Below, in pieces: positions 53,656-64,000 of a stretch of DNA of 64,000 nt; the stretch's first letter is position 1; the number at the start of each line of letters is the position of its first letter. Origin of the DNA: Eledone cirrhosa (Eukaryota); contig OZ024741.1 in NCBI GenBank assembly GCA_964016885.1, positions 234,112,001-234,176,000 on the forward strand, read 5' to 3'. The translations under genes and the position numbers were made by a program. The notes below the pieces were generated by a model. That model had not been told where the DNA came from, did not search any database, and was given only the letters and a program-made list of their open reading frames with translations.

Positions 53656-53665
53656 GATGTATATG

Positions 53666-53701
<36 letters not shown>

Positions 53702-53705
53702 GATG

Positions 53706-53751
<46 letters not shown>

Positions 53752-53779
53752 CATCTATATATATATATATACATATACA

Positions 53780-53832
<53 letters not shown>

Positions 53833-53910
53833 ATATATATATATAGATGTATATGTATATATAGATGTATATATAGATGTAGATGTATACGTATATATAG
53901 ATGTATATGT

Positions 53911-53959
<49 letters not shown>

Positions 53960-54148
53960 TGTGTATATGTATATATAGATGTATATATATATAGATGTAT
54001 ATGTAGATATATGTGTATATTTATATATAGATGTATATGTAGATATATGTGTATATTTATATATAGATGTATATGTAGATATATGTGTATATTTATATAT
54101 AGATGTATATGAAGATATATGTGTATATATATATATAGATGTATATGT

Positions 54149-54186
<38 letters not shown>

Positions 54187-54529
54187 ACAATTCCCGTCTA
54201 ACTCATGCTAGCGTGGAAGAACGGACGTAAAACGGTGATGATGATATGTATATGTATATATATATATGTATGTATGTATATATATATATGTATGTATATA
54301 TAAGTATGTATATATATATGTGTATATATGTATGTATGAAAAAGTATGACCCCGACGGCAGAGCTCAAGTCGTTTCGACGGCTATTTCTGGACGAAATAG
54401 CCGTCGAAACGGCTTAAGCTCTGCCGTCGGGGTCATACTTTTTCCTATTTCCCACTCTACTACCCTAAGTATTGAGTACTCTGGTGCGTTATGGTCCATC
54501 TGGTTCCTTACCACGATTCCTTTGTTATA

Positions 54530-54563
<34 letters not shown>

Positions 54564-54707
54564 TATGTATCTATATATGTATATATATGTGTGTATATAT
54601 GTATATATATATATGTATGTATATATACGTATATATATATATATATGTATCTATATGTATATATATGTGTGTATATATGTATATATATATATGTATGTAT
54701 ATATACG

Positions 54708-54778
<71 letters not shown>

Positions 54779-54986
54779 ATGTATATATACGTATATATAT
54801 ATATGTATGTATATATATATATGTATATATATATGTGTATGTATATATATGTATGTATATATATATGTATGTATATATAGGTATGTGTATATATGTATGT
54901 ATATATAGGTATGTGTATATATGAATGTATATGTATATGTATATAAATGTGTATGTATGTATATATATATATATATGTATATATAT

Positions 54987-55037
<51 letters not shown>

Positions 55038-55244
55038 GTACACGCATTTCAGAACTGTATGCATGTTTGAGTTTATGAATGAGTTTCTATTTTTGCATTT
55101 GTATGTGTCCATACATCTGCATGTGTGCATCTTTCTGCACACACAAATATTTATGCAAATTTTTCTTAATTCGTGTTTTCATGCCTATACTATCTTTTTT
55201 GTAACACATACACACACACACACGTGTATGTATATATGTGTGTG

Positions 55245-55312
<68 letters not shown>
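53040..55312. repeat. Large interrupted (TA)n/(TATG)n field
   Basis: Directly visible; recurrent gatg interruptions. Confidence 0.95.
54338..54527 (+). mobile_element. Palindrome plus tail element in (TA)n (copy 2 of 16754)
   Basis: Arms span 54338-54444; the tail is nearly identical to 16872-16950. Confidence 0.9.
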
Positions 55313-55319
<7 letters not shown>

Positions 55320-56399
55320 CACCAGTTTGGTTTAATATCTCACCCATGTGTGAGAGAGAGAGAGAGACATTTATGTGTGATGTGGGGGACTGAAAATTTG
55401 CTTTCCATAACCAAGGTGAATTTATGGCTGTATTGTAATGGGTATTAACTAAATATAATACATCTTTAATGTGACCCTCTACACCCACACACGTATCTAT
55501 ACACACCTCCTCCTACTCATCCTATCAGTCCTTAATTTATATATTTATATATATGTGTGTATGTGTATATGCAAACACACATACATTCATACATACGTAA
55601 GTGCACACACACACACATACAGCCACCCACAGAGAGGTAGAGAAAGTCAAGTGTAAGGAAGTGCTTCATATTCATTTAATACTCAGGTAAATGTTCAGCT
55701 AGAGAGTTGGGTTATGGGCAGAGCTTATAGTCCTTTGCCAGCCCTCTTACTTATTATAAGAATGGCTGATAATGAAAGAAGACCAGAGAAGAAATTGTGT
55801 TTGGATGTAGCCTTTTAGTTGGAGGTGCTCTATAAATGGGGATAGGCTAGGGAAGGTTTGTGTGCTAAGTGACCAATCTATATTTTAATGTGAGAACTGT
55901 ACATGAGGCCTGCTCAGTCTCAGCTGCATGAACAGTGCTCTGGTATTGTGTCTTATTTAAGGAGCAGCAGCAGTAATTGTTTGAAACTGATGTGGAGGCC
56001 TTAAGTGTTGTTTGACTGTAGGGTTTGTAAACAATTACCTGACATGTCACACCTGTTTTGCTATGACTGATGTGTCACTCCTGTTCTGTTAAAAACTTGC
56101 ATTATTTTTGTGGGTAAAGTGTTGGTATAAGTATTACAAAGATAACAAATGGTACTATGGTGTATTGTGGCTGTGTTCCAGTTTATACAATAAGGATGAT
56201 TATATATATATATAAAGAAGGAAAGATCAAAGTTTTAGTTTAACATATTTTATCTATAATCATGTCTAATGCATGTTTCACAAATTACCAGCTTGGAGAC
56301 TTAATTGGTTACAGTTGGCTTCAACTCTGGGATTGATTTGCTCATCAAACTCAGTGGATATATATATTTATTTATACATATGTACATGTGTATATGTTG

Positions 56400-56680
56400 G
56401 ATCTCTGTTTTGATTATGAGTGTTCCAGTTGTTTGATCAATGAAATAGCCTGCTCATCAAATTAATGTGCAAGCGGCTGAGCATTCCACAGACACGTACC
56501 CATAACATGGTTCCCTGGGAATCAGTGTAGCAATACTAACCCTTTGAATCACAGGTATGCCTAATTTATTTTCCATTTCAGTGGACTGAAGCAACAGGAA
56601 ATAAAGTGTATTGTGCAGGGACTCCATAAATCGAACTGGCAACCTTATGTATCAAATACCTTAACTAATGCAGACGCACA
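56400..56680 (-). mobile_element. SINE related to the 1034 element
   Basis: Reverse complement shares cctgt.a.tcaaagggt and cactga.t segments. Confidence 0.6.
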
Positions 56681-58584
56681 CAGACATATTTATGATTCAT
56701 ACACATAAAAAAATCATTGCATAACCTTAGATTTTATGGTTTGATAAACTTATATAGGTGCAATTGACAACTGCATACAAAATAACAAATATCAATTGCG
56801 CTTTGTTATTTTGTAAGATATGTGAGATTTTCAGACCATGAAATCTGAGGTTGTGCAATGATTTACTATGTGTACAAATCTAAATAAAATTAGCTCTGTT
56901 TATATTTAGAGCATGTTTTCTTTTATGTTGACATACTCGCTCACACACACATGCAAACACACTCACACACAAATATACAGATTTATTTTGTCTTTTAATA
57001 GTGTCAGCAAGGTGTTTGAGGAAGTACTTTCTTCATATCATCTAGAGGAGTACTTTGATCATGCACACATTGCCAATATAGTAATTGTCCTGTTATCAGA
57101 TACTCCCATGTACATATCAGCTGACACCTCACCTTTCCACAATCACTGTATAGTAGAGTAGTAAGGGCAGCTAAATGATGCCTGTGTGAGTGTGAACCCT
57201 TTAAGGAACATTTGATTATCTCTACCCCCTAATGGATTCTTCCTAGAAATCGGTTTAAAGATCTGCAATTGCCAGGCAGATGTCCAACCACTCTGCACTC
57301 TTACTGTGAGTGTATATGATAAATCAACATTGTGTTTGGGTGTGTGTATTAAGATGTTACTAGTTAAGTAACTAACTTATAAGACCATCATTCAACTTAG
57401 TACTTGACAGTTTCATGAAAGTGGAGTGTAAATATATTATTCATTACATGGAAGCTCTTACATGTAATGACAAATTATACACACATATATATTATACACT
57501 TTGTTTTTGTATTTGTTTTGCAAGATTTATGATGTGGAATTGTGTGTTAAAACAGATATTGTTTTACTTTGGGAGGATCATGCTGCCAATGAAAAACACA
57601 TCCACCATTGAGTTTCTTTTCAGTATTATTATTAGTAAGGCAACTAATCCATTCACCAGTTGGTTAAGTAACCTGATGTTCAGATGTTTATTTAAATTAT
57701 AAAAGTTCTTTCATCACACATTCTGTGACCTTCTTAATGACTATTTTGGCCCTCTGTGTCTTTTCTTCATTTTGAGTTTGTTCTAGTTTCACATCTTCCT
57801 GTTACTAAAGCAACTAATAAATGGATTAATTACCTGACTAATATAAAAACCAAAGTCAAATTCAACTGTTGCATGTGTTTTTTATTGACAGTATGACCCT
57901 CCCAATGTATAATAATAATATATATATATATATACTTATATTTATACCCTCCTCTTACACACACATATATACATAATACTATTTCTATTCAGACACCAGT
58001 GTTATCATCATTCTAAAAAACTAAGAGACGAAAAATATCAGTTTGATATTGATAATTCTGAATTTTCTCCCTATTCAGCTTGAGTAAGAGGTAAAAACAC
58101 TGGTTTCTATGCTTGTATATTATATACATTATTTTTTAAATTATTGTCCATGAGGGAGACTCTATTAGCAAATAATTTATAATGAATTCTATATGAAAAT
58201 GTGTGTTTCTGATGTCCACGCATATGTGTATGTGTGTGTATATTTAGATAGATATATACCCACAGTCCATACCTTTCTTCAGATGTAGAGGCAAAGTAAT
58301 GATGAAAGGAATGGACTGTGGGTTTGCTTTATGCATTCTGCACTGTATGTGTATATATATATATTGTATGTGTGTATGTATATATATAATCTTATAGTGT
58401 ATGTTTACTCTGACCTGAGTGTGTTTTTTTTTATAAATAAAGAGTAAAGTATTAAATGTATGCTTATTCGTAGGATAATGCATATGCCCATGTTTCTAGA
58501 AATATAAACATGTTTGTGTGTGTATTTATATACACACATGTATATATACTAGTTTAGGGTTTGGACACAACTTACATTTGAGGC

Positions 58585-59256
58585 TAGTGGCTGGTAGAGT
58601 GATAAACAAAACTCTGGTATTTAGTTACATTTTGAGTTCAAATCCTACTGAGGTTAGCTATGCCTTTCATTGTTCTTTCAATGAATACAGTATCAATCAG
58701 GTACGGTGGGAGGGGTGCAATATAATCTACAAACTGATCCTCTCCTATTCTGACCTTGTGCCTATGTTAGAGATAATTTTATTATTAAGATAAATATTAC
58801 CATGTTTTTCCTCTTTTTTGTGTGTGTATGTAGATTGGCAGGGTCGTTAGAGCATTGGATAAATGTTTTGCAGTAATTATTCTGGGTCTTCACTTTCTGT
58901 GTTAAAATCCTGCTGGGGTCCACTTTGCCTTTCTTTCTTCCTAGGTTGATAAAATAAAGTACCAGTTAAGCACTGGAGTTGATATAATCTACCCCCCACC
59001 CCCCAAAAAAATTATTGGCCTTGTGTCTAAATTAGAAATCATTGGCAGTATCTGTAGAGCATCAGACAACATACTTTGTGGCATATAATTACAGTCATTT
59101 ACATTCTGAGTTCAAATCCTGCTGAGGTTATCTTTGCCTTTTATCCTTACAGGATCAATAAAATAAAGTACCAGTAATGAACTGGATTCGTTTTAATCAA
59201 CTTTTCCCTCCCCCTTCAAATTGTTGGCCTTATATGCTAAAAGTAGAAACAATTAT
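58585..59256 (+). mobile_element. Cluster of three same-orientation SINEs (gcctttcatcc core family)
   Basis: B box, core and tail repeated at ~58585, ~58832 and ~59043. Confidence 0.75.
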
Positions 59257-61966
59257 TAATGTTAAGTCTGGTGGAATATCAAGAACTAGTAGAGTGCAGG
59301 AGTTGGCTATGTTCAGTTATTGGATGTTCAAATCTTAGCTGGACGAGGAACCAGGACTGGGAATATATAATCAAGTTTATTTATTTATTGATGATCATGA
59401 TCATGATAACCATTATTATTATATTTTCTACATTATTTTATCTTCTACAGAGTAGCCACTTGTTCTGAAAGACAGCTTCACAATATTTGCTATTCTGCTC
59501 TTCCAGTTTCATTAACACCAACTTGCCACCCTCACTACTTCCCTTTTCTACTCACCTCATATTGATTTTATTTTCTTCACTTTATTCCAAACTATCTCCA
59601 TGGAGTTATGTTGGTCAAGACTGGCTGAGTTACTGGAGGTATTGGCTAACATCAGATGGCTTGACTAAAACTGTAATCTTGATGGGATGACAGACTTACC
59701 ATTGTAGAGCCACTGTGGTACCTCCCTCATTGGTTCTGTGTGCCTTCAATTCTACATAAATCGGTATCACCAGCTAAGCATTTCCTTAATATTCTATTCA
59801 CCTCTTCTCTGTCACACTGATTACAACATAGACCCTACCATCTCAAATTAAGGTGGCCTGTCAAGTCAAAAGTTGTCTCCTCTGATCTGCTGCTTAGTTT
59901 AGTGATCTTGGCTCAAATCAGTCTTGATCTTTTTCTGTTTATTTTTTAACAATTTGAGCATTGTAGTTGGTTGAGACAGCTGATGCCTCTCACTTGCAAT
60001 GTTTATATTCTGGCAGGGAAAAGGAAAGCAAAAAATTCTATTTTTAACCTTTGGGGTTTAACTGGTCAAAAGAAGACTGAGGGGTGTTGTTACCTCATTG
60101 ACAAAAACAAAATGGCAATATCCAAAAAGACCCATTTATATGTTACACAACATTTCTGATTTTGATAATTTCACAATTAGTTCCTCATTAATGTTGTCTC
60201 TCCTGAAACAGCAGATGCTACTGTTTCAATTTGTTGCAGTTGTGCTGTTTTATTAGCTTCTTTCTATACAATTCATAAAATACTAAATTGTCTTTTCAAA
60301 TATACTTACAGGTTTACATACGATATCAATATGAGCACAACAAATAAGATGATGATCAATACAGGGATTTATTATGTATTTGGTAACAAGAGCAGAGGGC
60401 TTATTTAAGTAGCTCCTTGGTCTTCTGTATACTTGTGCTTAATTAGGCAGCTCCCTGGGTTCAGGTGATTCCTTGGTCATCTGTATACCTGGACTCATGT
60501 GGCTTGCTGGTCCTCTGTATATCTGGACTCAGGTGATTCCTTGGTCACTTGTATTGCTTTCCTATATAACTTTAAATTCATGACCTTTATTAATGTGATC
60601 TACAAGGCTGTTGTGTACTGCCTAATAGCATGAAAATCTTGTGTGCAAAATCAAAGCTCTTAGTTCAAACCCAAGGAAAAGATAGTTACATATATAAGCA
60701 TATGAGATCTAAAGAAAGATGAGAGAATAAGTAGTAGCCATATCTGTTTCTGTATATCCTGTTGTCCCAGTACATACCAACCACTGCTACACACACATAT
60801 ATATAATATATATACACCAACGTGCTAGAAATAGCAGCTAAATAGTTCTAAAATGTGGAATGACCAACACTGCATCTGGTTTTCTCAGTGGTGTGTGATT
60901 GTGTGCGTAGATATATATATATATATATACATGTGTGTGTGTGTATGTATGTATTTGCATATATGTGTGTATATGTATATTGGCAGGATATGTTATTAAG
61001 TGTATTATTGTGCTTCTGAACAAGGTAGATAACTCTGTTTATTCAACTCCTTACTTTGATATTCGATTGGTCAGTAGTAGGGCCACAAGCTTGGAGAAAT
61101 GGATGTAAAACGGCAATGTGTATAATGTAAATATATGCATGCATTCTATATACACAAACCCCTACGCAGGGGTTTATAGTGTGGATTTATATATATGTCA
61201 ATGTTTCTTTTTTTTTTCTACCTCAAACATCTATATAAGGGTGGGTATATATGTGTGTGTGTTTCTATTGGGTTATGTATGTATGTCTATATGTCATATA
61301 TGTGTTTATATAACAAACATGTATTGGGTTATTCATATGTATGTGTGTATACATATATATGTATATCTATATGTCAGCATTTCTACATAAACATGCCACC
61401 AACACAATAACATGAGTTGTTGATTTTTCTATTCAATTACATATGGGTATTGAACAGTGTGATTATATTTCCCCCCCTCTCTCTCTCTAATATCAATATT
61501 AATAATAATAACAACGTAATGTAAACTGTTTTTCTACTTTTTTCAGTAATAAATCATTGTGGGAAATACTGTGTTGTGTTATTATTGTGTGTGTGTGTAT
61601 ATATATATCGTCGTAGTTATTTTTTTTAACGCATGTGCAAAGATATACAAATCCAGGCAATATCTTATTTGTAGATGCAAACTAACGCAATTTTCTAGTG
61701 TTTACTTTTACACGGTGTCGCTCATTTGAAGAAGTGTTTGTCTATATGTATTCTTACATGTATTGTATTATAAGACAGAAAAAAAAAAACAATTTTATAT
61801 ATGTATATAGATTTATTATTAGCACATTAAAAGTTTAAGCAATTTCGGCTATTTGCTCTACGGGTTTATGTATATAATAATAATAATAATAATAATAATG
61901 AAATTATTATGTACAGTGCTTGGCTGCACTACAACTCATCAAATGTGCATGTATAGTACATAGAAT

Positions 61967-62145
61967 AATTGTTTCTACTTTTGGCACAAGGCCAGCAATT
62001 ACCCAGTGCATTGCTGGTACTTTATTTTATCGACCCCGTAAGGATGAAAGGCAAAGTCAACCTCGGCGGGATTTGAACTCAGATCGTAAAGGGACGTAAC
62101 TATGCTGGAAAGCATGGCGTCCGACCCTCTACCGATACTGCCAAT
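61967..62145 (-). mobile_element. SINE (gcctttcatcc core family), CpG-intact
   Basis: Reverse complement closely matches 63307-63490. Confidence 0.8.
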
Positions 62146-63306
62146 CCACATAGAATAATGTACAAATGTCAGGAAAATGAACAGTGTTTGAGTATGATAT
62201 ACATGTGCGTGTGTATAGAAGAGGGATATCAGGAAGCATGAATGTTTTAAAGGATGTAGTGTCTCGACAACTGATGCAGGTAGTTTGTTCCATGCTTCAA
62301 CAACTGAAAAAATGTTTCCGAAATCATGGGAGCTGTGCTGTTTTCTGACTTTATATATATATATATATACACACACATACACAACCCTTATCGGGTCATA
62401 ATATTTTAGAAATAGCTACCTACACTCCGGGGATGACCGAGAAGCAAATTAATTGACCACCGATTATCTATAATATATTGTGATATGAAAATATGGAATA
62501 TAATTGGAGCCAGAGGCATTGTGGCCAAATCTGCCTGCAATCTCATGAAACAACTTTCAGTCTCTGGGAAAAACAGAACCAAAGCCCTTGAAGCAGCCGG
62601 AAGGGGTTCCAGCTGGTTCTAGTCAAGGAAAAGCAAAAGCGACCTTCCATACCTTTTGCGGCCATCGTGTTTGTATTTTAACGTACGCTAAGGGAAGTAA
62701 CTCTGAGTAAGTCATGGTTGTAGTGTTGGCGGTGTTACTGTTGACGTCTCACCGCCACCATGAATACTATTTGTATGTTATTTTTCTAAACTCAAGAAAG
62801 CAGAGGTAACGGAGGGAAGTTCCAGCTAGATCCTGTCAACAAAATCTCCGTACGGTTTAGATATACAACGAGTCTCCGTTATCCGAATGGCTAAATGTCA
62901 GCAGCACACCCCGAGAATCATGACCTAGATACGGCCGGCCCCCTTAGAGTGTAAACAGTTATGGGCCGAAACACATGCTTAAGGAGGCTTTCTTTCTCTG
63001 AAGACCTGTTGTCCAGCCCTCCTGAGAATTTCTTACCACTATTTCGTAATTAATCACACTTATGGAGCTACTATTTGAGAACACATGAGAAAATTAGGTT
63101 GATTTTACTGTAAATACACCTTTTTATAGGTACACATGTACCTGTACATAGGTTTTTGATTTGTTTAATCACTGTTTGATTGTAACAAAAACATTTGTCT
63201 GAATAGTTATATTGACACAAAGCCAAAAGTTAAAAAGAAGTTAGAATTAACCTAACTTAGAAAGTTTATTAACATATTTGTTGGTAGCTTAAATTTGATT
63301 TTTTTT

Positions 63307-63667
63307 ATTGGCAGTATCGGTGGAGGGTCGAACGCCATGCTTTGAAGCATAAAGTTACCTCCCCTTATGATCTGAGTTCAAATCCCCCCGAGGTTAACTT
63401 TGCCTTTCATCCTTACAGGGTCGATAAAATAAAGTATCAGTAATACACTGGAATAATTGTGGCCTTGTGCCAAAAGTAGAAACAATTATTACTGGAAATT
63501 GGTAGAGCATCAGACACCATGCTTTGCAGCATAGGGTTATGGCCCTTTACGTTCTGAGTTCAAATCCCGCCGAGGTTAACTTTGCCTTTCATCCTTATGG
63601 GGGGGGGGGTCGATAATATAAAGCATCAGTAATTGCTGGCCTTGTGCCAAACGTTGAAAATTATTAC
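63307..63667 (+). mobile_element. Two tandem SINE copies
   Basis: ctgagttcaaatccc.ccgaggttaactttgcctttcatcctta occurs twice, each with a ggccttgtgccaaa tail. Confidence 0.82.
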
Positions 63668-64000
63668 TGAAAAATTTAAATTATTTACACTAAACACGTA
63701 CTTGGAATCTTTATAATATTAAAATTAATTCCTTTTTAAAAGATCAATTAAACATAAATCCTTTCAGGAAAGTCTCTTTTCTTTGACGCCCTTCAACCTA
63801 CAGGGAGCTTTCAGGGCAGTAGTTCCAAGTAATTTTGAGTTGTGTTACTCAGAGCACGAGGAACACAGTTATATTACACTAGTGAGCTTAGTGTGTCCGA
63901 GGAAATTGTTGCTTACATATTTCTACATATTCACTCCAATGTATTTTTCTCACCCAGAGTTATCTTGCGCCAGCATACATGCTTAATAATAATAATTGTT

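Overview
AT-rich, microsatellite-dense eukaryotic DNA; the repeat families and zinc-finger gene style suggest an octopus or other cephalopod (inference). Main contents: a near full-length L1/Tx1-type LINE (~5.3-10.95 kb), two 3' fragments of a CRE-type non-LTR element with a restriction-like endonuclease, a non-autonomous Helitron, RTE remnants, piggyBac/hAT/Tc1-like MITEs, many tRNA-derived SINEs, a ~9 kb 39-bp minisatellite, and one clear host gene (a 918-aa CDS in one exon with 16 C2H2 fingers, 46478-49234). Most unusual signal: at least ten short elements, most of them in or beside (TA)n tracts, that carry type I minimal hammerhead-ribozyme folds (usually with a palindromic helix III). Several are long fold-back palindromes, and several share a TYGAGTRY tail motif. 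They look like a ribozyme-bearing, microsatellite-targeting family related to Penelope-like elements or retrozymes. Other leads: a 39-nt GT-AG segment that would fuse LINE ORF1 to ORF2 in frame, fossil zinc fingers forming the ZNF N-terminus, and a likely SINE-head origin for the 39-bp satellite. All alignments and folds were done by eye, and element edges are approximate.
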